A stretch of DNA of 64,000 nucleotides from Arthrobacter sp. Lineage in GTDB: Bacteria; Actinomycetota; Actinomycetes; Actinomycetales; Micrococcaceae. The position numbers and the translations under genes were made by a program. Below are positions 33,091 through 43,500 of this stretch, piece by piece (positions within the stretch are counted from its first letter, which is position 1; each line of letters opens with the position of its first letter). The DNA lies in contig NZ_JAPSHV010000002.1 in assembly GCF_031179385.1 (NCBI RefSeq), positions 33,486-97,485 of the forward strand, written 5' to 3'. The notes beneath the pieces are model-generated. The model was not told where the DNA came from and did no database searches. It saw only the letters and a program-made list of their open reading frames with translations.

Positions 33091-33956
33091 CAGGTTCTGT
33101 TTCCCAGGAAGTCGATGATGTGTTCCGCAGCGGCCTCGGGTGTCTCATAGTGGATCAGGTGCCCCACCTCGGGAAGGACCACCAGCTTTGAATCGGGGAT
33201 GAGCGAAGCAAGTTCCTGTTGGGTCTGCACCGTTCCCAGGTCGTCTTTCGCCGCGGCGATCAGGAGTACGGGAAGCCGGAGGCGCGCGGCGCTGTCCCGG
33301 ACGGTTGTGCTGATCGATGCGGTGAATGCCTGCAGCACGACGTCCCGTGAGGCGAAGGCGCTGAAGTACGCGCGGTGTTGCCCATGGATCCACCGGCGCA
33401 AGGGACGGTCGCGCGTCTTGGCCATCAGCTCGCTCATGGCACGGACGATCATCCGATTGCTCAGCAGCGCGTGCCCGGCCGTTTCGGGCAGCGCGGCGCC
33501 CACCCGGTAATACAGAGCAGCCAGGCGGGTCGCAACGCGGCTCGAACCCTCAAGTGCCGGCGCACTGATGGGGTTGATCAGCACCAGAGCAGAGAAAGCT
33601 TCGGGAGCGTCAGCTGCTGCCTTTGCGGCGATGATTGATCCGAAGGAATGACCCAGGAGGACGGTCTCCGGCCCGAGGGCGAGGCGGTCGAGACTGTTCC
33701 GGACGAACGCGGCGTAGGCCTCGACGTCGTGCTCCCCGTCCAGCGGGTCGGAGCGCCCGAACCCGGGTAGATCCGGTGCTATGACACGGTGGGTTGGGAG
33801 CGCCTCGATGATGCGCAGCAGCCCGTGATGGTCGCCGCGAAAACCATGCACCATGAAGATCGAACGCGTGCCGGGGGTCGTCTGCACTGCGGGAAAGTCC
33901 CAGAACCGCTGCAGTTTTCCGTCGAAGTTGAGCGTCCGCACGGTCCCCGTGCGCAT
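33090..33956 (-). CDS. alpha/beta hydrolase
   Basis: MVHGFRGD oxyanion region, APDLPGFG, nucleophile GHSFG and C-terminal GHLIHYE. Start ATG 33956 (alternative GTG 33968). TGATG coupling to the GT4 gene. Confidence 0.9.
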   Translation of the reverse strand: MRTGTVRTLNFDGKLQRFWDFPAVQTTPGTRSIFMVHGFRGDHHGLLRIIEALPTHRVIAPDLPGFGRSDPLDGEHDVEAYAAFVRNSLDRLALGPETVLLGHSFGSIIAAKAAADAPEAFSALVLINPISAPALEGSSRVATRLAALYYRVGAALPETAGHALLSNRMIVRAMSELMAKTRDRPLRRWIHGQHRAYFSAFASRDVVLQAFTASISTTVRDSAARLRLPVLLIAAAKDDLGTVQTQQELASLIPDSKLVVLPEVGHLIHYETPEAAAEHIIDFLGNRT

Positions 33957-33969
33957 CAGGAGCACCACG

Positions 33970-34806
33970 TCAGTTGACCAGGTCCGGGTGTGAACCGACA
34001 CGGGTGTCCGAGTTGAGCTGCTCGATCGCAGCCATGTCCACGGCATCGAGAGTGAAGTCGTCGATGCGGAGGTTCTCCTCGATACGCCCGCGGGAGCTTG
34101 CCTTCACAACAGCGGCTACACCGATCTGCATGTGCCAGCGCAGGATGACCTGGGCCGGCGACCGCGAATGCTTTGCCGCTATGTGCGTAATCGTGGTGTT
34201 GGTCAGCAGCGAACCACGGCCCAGCGGGCTCCAGGCCTGGGTGAGGATGCCGTGCTCAGCGTTGAACTCCCTCAGCCCCTGCTGCTGCAGGAACGGATGG
34301 AGCTCGATCTGGTTGACTGCGGGCACCACCTCGGTCTGGGAGAGAAGCTTCTCAAGGTGATGGCGCTGGAAGTTGGACACGCCGATGGCGCGCACCCTCC
34401 CGCCGGCATAGAGCTCCTCGAGCGCCCGCCACGATTCGACATAGAGGTCCTTCGCGGGGCAGGGCCAGTGGATCAGGTAGAGGTCCACGTAGTCGAGCCC
34501 GAGCCGGCGGATCGACTCGTCGAACGCCTCGCGGGTGGCACGGTAACCGTGGTTCTCGTTCCACACCTTCGACGTGACGAATACATCGCCCCGCTCAACG
34601 TACCCGGCGGAGACTGCGTCGAGAACGGCACGTCCCACGCCCTCCTCATTGCCGTACATCGCCGCCGTGTCGAGCAGCCGGTAGCCTGCCTCAAGCGCGA
34701 GGGTGCAGAGTCCGTGGGCATCATCGGCGGGAACCTTGTAGAGCCCGTAACCCAACCGGTCCATCATGACGCCGTTGGAGATCGATACCTTTCCCGGTTT
34801 ATGCAT
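33970..34806 (-). CDS. aldo/keto reductase (2,5-diketo-D-gluconate reductase-like)
   Basis: Catalytic tetrad in DTAAMY, TSK and LIHWP, plus IGVSNF, NQIELHP and AWSPLG. TAGAGT -10 lies 6 nt before ATG. Confidence 0.93.
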   Translation of the reverse strand: MHKPGKVSISNGVMMDRLGYGLYKVPADDAHGLCTLALEAGYRLLDTAAMYGNEEGVGRAVLDAVSAGYVERGDVFVTSKVWNENHGYRATREAFDESIRRLGLDYVDLYLIHWPCPAKDLYVESWRALEELYAGGRVRAIGVSNFQRHHLEKLLSQTEVVPAVNQIELHPFLQQQGLREFNAEHGILTQAWSPLGRGSLLTNTTITHIAAKHSRSPAQVILRWHMQIGVAAVVKASSRGRIEENLRIDDFTLDAVDMAAIEQLNSDTRVGSHPDLVN

Positions 34807-34863
34807 ACCCTGACTCTACCGAGGGTGCGCAGACGGATCCGGTCGCATCAGGTGTGAGTTGAT

Positions 34864-35871
34864 TCAGCCCTGGCGAACCAGAGTCCGGGCAGAGCGTTCA
34901 TCGAGGATGAGGTCGGTGACCAGGCCCGCCGCGAGAGCGCCCCGCAAACCGTTGATCTTGGACTCGCCGGAAACAACACAGATGCGGCGGCCCACCTGTC
35001 CGAGCATCTCCAGATCAGGGCCGGTACTGCGCTCGTTCAGCACGATGTCGCTGTGCGAGCCGTCGGCCCGGAAGAATACGGTTGCCACATCGCCCACCAC
35101 ATGGTGCTCGCGAAGGATCGCGAGGTCGTCCTCGTCGAGGTAGCCGCCGGCATAGACGTGGCTCGGAATGCCTGATCCGGTGGACCCCACACCGAAGATT
35201 GCCATGGTCATGCGCTCCTGCAGGTCGAGGATGCGCTTGACGCTGCGCTCTGCCCACATGGCGGTTTTGGTCTCGGCATGGTCGAAGAAGGCGGGGACGG
35301 GAAACTGCTCCACCCGAGCGCCGTAAGCCGCCCCAAACCGACGAAGGATCTCACTGGCATACGTGATGCCGGTCGTTTGAGTATTGCCGGCACCGTTCAA
35401 CTGCACAATGGTGCTGTCATGCGTGGTCTTCCGCGTCAAGTGGTGGCTCACTGCACTGATGGTCGAACCCCAGGCAACTCCGATGATGGCGTTGGAATCG
35501 ACGAGAGGGCCGAGCGTACGCGCAGCCTGAATCGCAACCCGGTCAAGAACATCTGAATCACTGACGAGATCGGTCACCGGGACGACGTGCGCTTCCACTC
35601 CAAAGCGGCTCCGTACTTCCCTTTCGAGGGCAGGCGCCCTGTCCAGGGGGTTGTTGATCTGAATCTGTACGAGGCCGGTATCTCGCGCCATGGACAGCAA
35701 CCGGGACACCGTTGACCTCGATGTCCGAAGTTCCCGTGCAATGGCGTTCATCGTCAGGTCCTGCAGGTAGTACATCTGCGCTGCCCGCAGCGCATCCCGG
35801 CTCCGCGGAGGGGTGGGGTCGATATTTCGGGCATCTGCGCGTTCAGGTGCACTTCTGGCTGCGGTGTTCAC
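34864..35871 (-). CDS. SorC/DeoR(Bsu)-family sugar-binding transcriptional regulator, probable glycerol regulon repressor
   Basis: HTH AAQMYYLQDLTMNAIARELRTSRSTVSRLL, IGVAWGST, QLNGA, AIFGVG, VGDV and KINGLRGAL..GLVTDLILDE. Divergent from glpD. Start GTG 35871 after GGAGA. Confidence 0.88.
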   Translation of the reverse strand: MNTAARSAPERADARNIDPTPPRSRDALRAAQMYYLQDLTMNAIARELRTSRSTVSRLLSMARDTGLVQIQINNPLDRAPALEREVRSRFGVEAHVVPVTDLVSDSDVLDRVAIQAARTLGPLVDSNAIIGVAWGSTISAVSHHLTRKTTHDSTIVQLNGAGNTQTTGITYASEILRRFGAAYGARVEQFPVPAFFDHAETKTAMWAERSVKRILDLQERMTMAIFGVGSTGSGIPSHVYAGGYLDEDDLAILREHHVVGDVATVFFRADGSHSDIVLNERSTGPDLEMLGQVGRRICVVSGESKINGLRGALAAGLVTDLILDERSARTLVRQG

Positions 35872-35890
35872 TGGATTCTCCGGGGTCAAG

Positions 35891-35904
35891 TGCACGTTTG
35901 TGCA
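35891..35904. promoter_or_regulatory. candidate operator palindrome TGCAC-N4-GTGCA in the regulator/glpD divergent region
   Basis: TGCACGTTTGTGCA, 6 nt upstream of a TTGACG hexamer (35911-35916). Confidence 0.4.
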
Positions 35905-36009
35905 TGGGCATTGACGAATATTCCCAACCCTCCAAAGAATAGGGTGCAGGTCCAAGATCCCGCCACTAGTCAAGGAGCCCCGCCACTCGTGAGGAACAGC
36001 ACCGGAGTG

Positions 36010-37725
36010 ATGACGCCGTCGGCCAATCCCAACCGTCCAGCCCGTGACAGCGTGAAAGAACTGAAGGACAATCCCCGCACTTCGGTACTGATTATCGGGG
36101 GCGGCATCAACGGCGTCGGTACGTTCCGGGACCTGTCACTCCAGGGCATTGACGTCACGCTCATCGAGCGCGGCGACTACTGCCAGGGCGCCTCGGGCGC
36201 ATCCTCGCACATGATCCACGGCGGCATCCGCTACCTGGAGAATGGCGAGTTCCGGCTGGTCCGGGAGTCCGTCGTCGAACGCAATGCCCTGCTCAAACTG
36301 GCGCCGCACTACGTCAAGCCGCTGCAGACGACCATTCCGATCTTCAGCACGTTCTCCGGAATCCTGGCTGCACCGCTGCGGTTCCTGAGCCATCGGCAGG
36401 GGCCGCCACGGGAGCGCGGCGCGGTCCTCATCAAGGCGGGATTAACCCTGTACGACGCGTTCTCCCGCGCGGGTTCCGCCGTGCCGCGACACAAGTTCCT
36501 GGGGCGCAAAGCGTCACTGGCGCAGCTGCCGGAGCTTCGTCCGGATGTGAAGTACACGGCCACCTATTTCGATGCCTCCGTTCACAACCCCGAACGGCTG
36601 ACACTCGACGTGCTCCGCGACGGCCTCGACGCCAACCCCAGGTCGCGCGCTATCAACTACGTCACCGCAGTGGGAAGCGACGCAAAGGGCGTTGTGCTCC
36701 GCGACGAACTGACGGGCGAGGTATTTCCGGTCCAGGCGGATATCGTCGTCAATGCAACGGGGGCGTGGGTCGACGGCACCAACAGTTCACTGGGACAGCC
36801 CAGCCGCTTCATGGGTGGAACAAAGGGCTCACATATCGTCCTCGACCATCCCGAACTGCTCGCCGCCTGCGCCGGCAGGGAAATCTTCTTCGAACACTCC
36901 GACGGGCGCATCGTCCTGATCTATCCCATGGGCGACCGGGTACTCGTCGGCACGACGGATATCGATACAGACATGGACACTCCGGCGGTCTGCACCGAGG
37001 CGGAGATTGACTACTTCTTCGAGCTGATCCACCACGTGTTCCCGACGGTCAAAGTCGGCCGCGACAGTATCGTCTACAGCTTCTCGGGAGTGCGGCCATT
37101 GCCGCGCCACGATGACACGCAACCCGGGTTTGTATCCCGCGATTACCGCATCGAACGCGGAGAGACTGCCGGCCGGCCGGCACTAAGCCTCGTCGGCGGC
37201 AAGTGGACCACCTTCCGGGCGCTCTCGGAACATCTCGCGAACGAGGTCCTCGCTCTCCTGAAGAGGCCAAGGACGGTCTCGACCTCCGCACTGCCCATCG
37301 GCGGCGGCCTCGGCTTCCCAAAGGAACCGGGCGACGTCGCCGCGTGGATTGAGTCCAACGGGGCCGGCCTGCCGGCGGAACGGGTCGCGCAGCTGCTCGA
37401 CCGCTACGGAACCCGCGCCTCTGACGTCGCCGCGTTCCTCGCGGCCGGTGCCGATTCGCCCCTGCAGACCACACATGAAGTAAGCACCAGGGAACTGGAG
37501 TACATGATCCGGCACGAACAGGTTCAGCATGTCTCCGATGTCCTCATCCGGCGCACAGCGCTTGCCTTCAACGGGCTCGTGAGCGCTGAGCTGATCGACG
37601 AGTTTGCGGACATTCTTGGCGAACACCTCGGCTGGTCCGCCACGGAGCGGAAGAATCAGGTAGAAGAAACGCGCCGGGTATTGCAGGAACACCACAAGGT
37701 GAGTGTGAATAGTTTGGTTGCGTAG
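36010..37725 (+). CDS. glpD: FAD-dependent glycerol-3-phosphate dehydrogenase
   Basis: IIGGGING, ASGASSHMIHGGIRYL, NATGAW, KGSHIV, LVGTTD, GVRPL and GGKWTT motifs. The exact start is uncertain. Confidence 0.94.
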   Translation: MTPSANPNRPARDSVKELKDNPRTSVLIIGGGINGVGTFRDLSLQGIDVTLIERGDYCQGASGASSHMIHGGIRYLENGEFRLVRESVVERNALLKLAPHYVKPLQTTIPIFSTFSGILAAPLRFLSHRQGPPRERGAVLIKAGLTLYDAFSRAGSAVPRHKFLGRKASLAQLPELRPDVKYTATYFDASVHNPERLTLDVLRDGLDANPRSRAINYVTAVGSDAKGVVLRDELTGEVFPVQADIVVNATGAWVDGTNSSLGQPSRFMGGTKGSHIVLDHPELLAACAGREIFFEHSDGRIVLIYPMGDRVLVGTTDIDTDMDTPAVCTEAEIDYFFELIHHVFPTVKVGRDSIVYSFSGVRPLPRHDDTQPGFVSRDYRIERGETAGRPALSLVGGKWTTFRALSEHLANEVLALLKRPRTVSTSALPIGGGLGFPKEPGDVAAWIESNGAGLPAERVAQLLDRYGTRASDVAAFLAAGADSPLQTTHEVSTRELEYMIRHEQVQHVSDVLIRRTALAFNGLVSAELIDEFADILGEHLGWSATERKNQVEETRRVLQEHHKVSVNSLVA

Positions 37726-37859
37726 GTATGAGCAACCTCCAGCAGTCCACCGACAGCTGGGAACCAACGGCAGCCTTTGCCGGGGGAGTAGCGCGGTGCC
37801 GCGACCATCACGGCGCCGGGGCCACACGGCCCACCGTTGAATAAATGGAGGAGTCAAAG

Positions 37860-38603
37860 ATGTCTCTGGAAGTATTCGTCGCCGAAACATTCGGCACATT
37901 CATGCTGTTGTTGCTTGGCACGGGAGTCGTGGCCAACGTAGCGCTCGCGGGCACCAAGGGTAATAACGGCGGGTTCCTGATGGTCAACTTCGGTTGGGGC
38001 CTCGCGGTCTTTGCCGGCGTTTACGTCGCCGCGCTTTCCGGGGCCCACCTGAACTTCGCGGTGACCGCGGGTCTGTGGGCCAACGGCAACGTTGCGGAAT
38101 TCGCCCCCGGCGTCGACAAGAACTTCGTCAACGCCCTCGGCTATCTGGCCGCACAGATGCTCGGCTCGATTCTCGGAGCTGTGGGCTGCTGGCTGGCCTA
38201 CAAGCAGCACTTCGATCTCGAACCGGACCCCGCGAACAAGCTGGGTGTGTTCTCAACCGGCCCGGCTATTCGGTCAAGTGCGTGGAACCTGGTGACCGAG
38301 ATCATCGGTACGTTCGTTCTCGTGTTCGTCATCCTTGCGTTCGCTTCAACCCCCTCGGGACTGGGCCCGCTTGCCGTTGCACTTCTCGTCGTCGGCATCG
38401 GAGCGTCCCTCGGCGGACCCACCGGGTACGCCATCAACCCCAACCGCGACCTCGGCCCGCGTATTGCCCACGCATTCCTACCGATCAAGGGCAAGGGAAG
38501 CAGCGATTGGAGCTACGCATGGGTGCCGGTAGTCGGACCGATCATCGGAGGCGTGCTCGGAGGGCTGGCAGCCATGCTGATCACCTTCCCGTCTGCGGCC
38601 TAG
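37860..38603 (+). CDS. glpF: MIP-family aquaglyceroporin (glycerol uptake facilitator) with non-canonical NPA motifs
   Basis: AETFGT, SGAHLNFAVT, TEIIGTF and GYAINPNRDLGPR. Six-TM pattern, located between glpD and glpK, GGAGGA RBS. Confidence 0.93.
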   Translation: MSLEVFVAETFGTFMLLLLGTGVVANVALAGTKGNNGGFLMVNFGWGLAVFAGVYVAALSGAHLNFAVTAGLWANGNVAEFAPGVDKNFVNALGYLAAQMLGSILGAVGCWLAYKQHFDLEPDPANKLGVFSTGPAIRSSAWNLVTEIIGTFVLVFVILAFASTPSGLGPLAVALLVVGIGASLGGPTGYAINPNRDLGPRIAHAFLPIKGKGSSDWSYAWVPVVGPIIGGVLGGLAAMLITFPSAA

Positions 38604-38679
38604 AGATACGACGAACCGGAGGTCCGGACTCCGGACCACTCCGCCCATATATCAGCAACACACTCAATGAGGAGCAGCA

Positions 38680-40194
38680 ATGCCGCAGTACGTCATCGCC
38701 ATTGACCAGGGAACCACTTCAAGCCGCGCAATCATCTTCGACCACCAGGGAAACATCGTTTCCTCCGGGCAGAAAGAGCATGAGCAAATCTTTCCCAAGG
38801 CTGGCTGGGTCGAGCACAATCCGGTCGAAATCTGGGACAACACCCGTGAGGTCATCGGCAACGCACTCTCCAAGGCGAATTTGACCCGCCACGACATCGC
38901 GGCGGTGGGCATCACCAACCAGCGCGAAACTGCGGTGGTCTGGGACAAGAACACGGGCCAGCCCGTGTATAACGCGATCGTCTGGCAGGACACCCGCACA
39001 CAGCCGATCGTGGACGAGCTCGCAGCGGACGGAGGGGTGGAAAGGTTCAAGCAGCAGGTTGGCCTGCCGCTGGCAACCTACTTCTCCGGAACCAAGATCA
39101 AATGGATCCTTGACAATGTCGACGGTGCCCGGGAGAAGGCAGAGGCCGGCGACCTGCTCTTCGGCAACACCGACTCCTGGGTGACCTGGAACCTCACCGG
39201 CGGCACTGACGGCGGTGTGCACATCACCGACGTCACCAACGCCTCCCGGACACTCTTCATGGATCTTGAGACGCTGAGCTGGGACCCATCGATCCTGGAA
39301 ACGTTCGGTGTTCCAGCATCGATGATGCCGGAAATTCGTTCCTCCTCCGAGGTCTACGGAAAGGTGCACAGCTCCCAGTTGCTCCGTGAGGTTCCCGTGG
39401 CGGGGATCCTCGGCGACCAGCAGGCAGCCACCTTCGGCCAGGCGGCGTTCGAGAAGGGCGGCGCGAAGAACACCTACGGCACCGGCAACTTCATGATCGT
39501 CAACACCGGTGAGGAGATCGTTCACTCAAAGAACGGACTGCTCACAACGGTCTGCTACAAACTCGGCGATGCGAGGCCCGTCTATGCGCTCGAAGGTTCG
39601 ATCGCCGTGACCGGGTCCCTTGTTCAGTGGCTTCGTGACAACCTCGGCATCATCAAAAGTGCTCCCGAGGTCGAACAGCTTGCCAAGACTGTCGAGGATA
39701 ACGGCGGCGTCTACATCGTGCCGGCATTCTCGGGTCTCTTTGCCCCGTACTGGCGATCCGATGCCCGCGGTGCGATTGTGGGCCTGACGCGATTCGTGAA
39801 CAAGGGACACATCGCGCGGGCGGCGCTCGAAGCGACAGCGTTCCAGACACGCGAAGTACTCGACGCTGCCAACGCTGACTCCGGCGTCAATATGGAAGAT
39901 CTCCGGGTCGACGGCGGAATGGTCGCCAACGACGCGTTGATGCAGTTCCAGGCGGACATCCTCGGTATCCCCGTCATCCGTCCGAAAGTCACCGAAACCA
40001 CCGCGCTGGGTGCTGCCTACGCGGCCGGGCTGGCCGTCGACTTCTGGAAGGACACCGACGAACTGGCCGCAAACTGGTCCGAGGACAAGCGCTGGACTCC
40101 AACCATGGACGATGCCGAACGCGACCGGCAGCTGCGCAACTGGAGGAAGGCCGTCACCAAGACGTTCGACTGGGTGGATGAGGACATCAAGTAG
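38680..40194 (+). CDS. glpK: glycerol kinase
   Basis: [62 protein letters not shown] and ETTALG motifs. Confidence 0.99.
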   Translation: MPQYVIAIDQGTTSSRAIIFDHQGNIVSSGQKEHEQIFPKAGWVEHNPVEIWDNTREVIGNALSKANLTRHDIAAVGITNQRETAVVWDKNTGQPVYNAIVWQDTRTQPIVDELAADGGVERFKQQVGLPLATYFSGTKIKWILDNVDGAREKAEAGDLLFGNTDSWVTWNLTGGTDGGVHITDVTNASRTLFMDLETLSWDPSILETFGVPASMMPEIRSSSEVYGKVHSSQLLREVPVAGILGDQQAATFGQAAFEKGGAKNTYGTGNFMIVNTGEEIVHSKNGLLTTVCYKLGDARPVYALEGSIAVTGSLVQWLRDNLGIIKSAPEVEQLAKTVEDNGGVYIVPAFSGLFAPYWRSDARGAIVGLTRFVNKGHIARAALEATAFQTREVLDAANADSGVNMEDLRVDGGMVANDALMQFQADILGIPVIRPKVTETTALGAAYAAGLAVDFWKDTDELAANWSEDKRWTPTMDDAERDRQLRNWRKAVTKTFDWVDEDIK

Positions 40195-40209
40195 TCGCTA
40201 AGAAAAGCA

Positions 40210-40244
40210 GGAGGCGGAGCGGACGAGCTGTCTGCTCCGCCTTC
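40210..40244 (+). terminator. glpK terminator
   Basis: 15-bp stem GGAGGCGGAGCGGAC / GTCTGCTCCGCCTTC (two G-U pairs on the plus strand), followed by TCTGTT. Confidence 0.75.
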
Positions 40245-40276
40245 TCTGTTCAGCACTGGCTGCGTACGACATGGGT

Positions 40277-40410
40277 GCGTCCCGGCGGGTGTCCGCGTCC
40301 TGGCGGTGTTCGCGTTCGGACGGTGAGCCCGCGTTCGGACGGCCACCGCGGGCCCTGCCCGCTCCGCGATGCCCAACCACCCCGGGGCATCGCGGTGGCC
40401 GCCCAAACGC
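40277..40410. repeat. degenerate 17-19 bp tandem repeats plus nested inverted repeats (REP-like intergenic element)
   Basis: Units start GCGT at 40277, 40295, 40312 and 40331. Exact 13-mer CGCGTTCGGACGG at 40311 and 40330. IRs at 40331-40350/40391-40410 and 40364-40374/40385-40395. Confidence 0.6.
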
Positions 40411-40503
40411 TGGTTCGCGCCGCCGGTACCTTCTGCGGATGGTGGGCACCCTTCCAGTTCCATCGAGCCTTCGTGCCCGTGTCCGCGAGGCAGGCCAATA
40501 ACG

Positions 40504-40538
40504 CCAGTGGGCGCCTGAGATCTTCAGACGCCCACTGG
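40504..40538 (-). terminator. putA terminator
   Basis: 15-bp stem 40504-40518/40524-40538; its single mismatch is a G-U pair only on the minus strand. About 30 nt past the putA stop. Confidence 0.72.
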
Positions 40539-40570
40539 TTATGGGTATGGGTTGAGGGAGCGGTGCGGGT

Positions 40571-43500
40571 TCAGCGGAGGACTTCGCCTGAAACGTTGTC
40601 CGGGTTTCCGAACCGGTGTGCCGTGATGGTCACTGCCTGCTCGCGCAGGAACGGCAGCAACTCGATCCGTCCTGCTTCCGTCACCGGACCGCTGTAGATT
40701 GCGACGTCCGGGTCGCCGTCCGTTGCAGCGCATAGCTCGGAGTAGCCGCCGCCGACCAGTCGTACCCTGCCGAGCTTCGCCGACGGCGCGGCAGCCAGCC
40801 ACGCGGCGTCGTCCTCCACGCGGTGACGCACATCATTGGCCGACAGCACAGCGGCGAGCGCCGGCGCAAGCGGTTCGGCCGTCGAGACCGACATAGGCGC
40901 ACCGCTACGCAGTCCGGCCGCAACGACACGCAGAAAGTCGGCCAGTGACCCGGCTTCGTTCAGTCGTACTGTCACAGGTGCCGGCAGGTAGCGGAACTCG
41001 TTCCGCTCAACGCGCAGGCCGGAGACATCCTCATGGACTCCGAAAGTACGCACCCAGTGACGCTGGTCATCTGCGGCCGAGCGGGCGAGGAAGCCGCGCT
41101 CGGCGTCAGACACGTCGGCTGCATGCAGGAGTGCGCGTACGGGCTCACTCAGCGGGGCGTGGACGTTGCCGGGATGCAGTTCCTCGCGCTCCCAGCTTCC
41201 GAGGTGGATGAGATAGTTCGGTCCGCCGGCCTTGGCGCCGGGTCCAACGGCCGATTGCTTCCACCCGCCGAACGGCTGACGCCGCACGATGGCGCCGGTG
41301 ATCCCACGGTTCACGTACAGGTTGCCTGCCTCCACCGACTCGAGCCACTGCGACACCTCGTCGGGATTTAGGGTGTGGATACCGCCGGTCAGGCCGTACG
41401 CGCTGGCGTTCTGCCACTCTATGGCCTGCTCAAGCGACTCGGCATGCATGATGCCCAGCACCGGTCCGAAGAACTCCGTCATGTGGAAGTAGCTGCCCGG
41501 CTTGACCCCGGTGCGCACCCCCGGACTCCACAGTCGTCCGGTGTCGTCCAGCTGCTTTGGCTCGACAAGCCACGATTCACCCTCGCCGAGAGTAGTCAGG
41601 GCGTCCTTGAGCTTTCCGTCAGCCGGCTCGATGATCGGCCCCACTTCCGTTGCCGGATCCTCCGGGTAACCGACCCGGAGCGAGGCGGCTGCATCGGTCA
41701 GCTGGTTGCGGAAGCGCGCCGAAGTCCCTGCCGAGCCGACCAGGATCGCCAGCGATGCTGCCGAACATTTCTGCCCCGCGTGCCCGAAAGCGGACCGAAC
41801 GACGTCGGCCGCAGCCAGATCCAGGTCGGAACTGGGGGTGACGATGAGCGAGTTCTTCCCGCTTGTCTCGGCCAGCAGCGGGAGGTCGTTGCGCCACGAC
41901 CGGAACAGCTTCGCGGTGTCGTAGGCACCCGTGAGGATCACCCTGTCGACGTCGGGATGCGAGATGAGGTGCTGCCCGACCGGACCTTCCTCAACATCGG
42001 CGAACTTCAGAACTTCCCGGGGAACACCGGCATCCCAGAGGGCCTGAACCATCACGGCAGCACAACGCTTTGCCTGCGGAGCCGGCTTGAGGATGACGGC
42101 GCTGCCCGCCGCCAGCGGGGCAAGGGCGGAGCCGGCCGCAATGGCAACGGGAAAGTTCCACGGCGGAGTTGCGACGGTGAGCGTGGCGGGCACGAAGCGC
42201 GCTCCCTCGATCGTGTCGAGTTCTTCTGCGAGCAGTGCGTAGTAGTTGGCGAAGTCGATCGCTTCCGAGATTTCCGGATCGGATTCAGCGATTGTCTTGC
42301 CGGTTTCACTGGCGGATACTTCCACCAGGTCACCGCGCCGGGCGGCAAGCTCGGCCGCGGCGCTTCGCAGGACCGTCGCCCGCTCTGCTCCCGAACGTGA
42401 TCCCCAATCGCGCTGTGCGGCGCGTGCGGACCGGATGGCGGCGTCGACGTCGTCCTCTGTGTCCAGTCGGGAAGCCTCCACCAGTGCGATTCCGAGAGTG
42501 GAATGCGGCACCCGCTGCAGGACCTCCGATGCCCATTCCCGGATGACGGGAAGCGAGGGATCGGAATCGGACTGATTCCGGAAGTTCCCCGGAGCCGTGG
42601 CCGTGAAGCGGTCCGGCGTCTGTGAACGGTTGGGCTCGGGAACCGTGAAGTCGAGTTCTTCGAGGGAAGCGAGGAACCGGGACTTCTCGCGCTCGAAGAG
42701 CTCCTCGCTCTTGGTGAGTTCGAAGACGGCGCTCATGAAGTTTTCCTGGCTCGCGTTCTCCTCGAGCCGGCGGATCAGGTAGCTGATAGCCACGTCGAAC
42801 TGGGCGGGCTTCACCACGGGGGTGTAGAGCAGCAGCGACCCGACGTCCTTCCGGACTTCGGCGGCCTGGTCCTCTGCCATGCCGAGCAGCATCTCGAACT
42901 CGATACGGTCCTCGACACCTCGGGCCACGGCGAGGGTCCTCGCCAAAGCAATGTCGAACAGGTTGTGTCCGGCGACACCCAGTCGCACGGCGGCCGCGTT
43001 CTCAGGGCGGAGTGCCCAGTCGAGGCACCGCTTGTAGTTGGTGTCGCTCGCCTGCTTGCTGGGCAGCGTGGCAGGTTCCCAGCCGTGTACGGCGGCATCG
43101 ACGAGTTCCATCGCCAGGTTCGCGCCCTTGACCAGACGCACCTTGATGGCTGACCCGCCGGCAGCGCGCCGGTCCTGAGCCCAGCGGGTGAGGTCCTGCA
43201 GCGTCGCCAGGGCGTCCGGAAGGTAGGCCTGGAGCACGATGCCGGCCTCAAGGTTGCGCAGTTCGGGTGTCTCGAGAATCCGCTTGAATACCGCGACGGT
43301 GAGGTCAAGATCGTGGTATTCCTCCATGTCGAGATTGATGAACTTCGGAGCCGGCGATGAGGCAGCCAGGTGATACAGCGGAAGGAGTCGCTCGACGACC
43401 CGCTCGACCGTTCCGTCGAAGTCCCACAGGTTGAGCGTACTGACCACGGAGGAAACCTTGATGGACACGTAGTCGACGTCGTCGCGCGCCAGCAGCTCCC

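Noticed and set aside
40198-40697. Several short ORFs between glpK and putA (40198-40449, 40271-40501, 40275-40697)
   Set aside because: They are Arg/Pro/Gly-rich translations of the repeat and terminator region, with no RBS and no domain signal.
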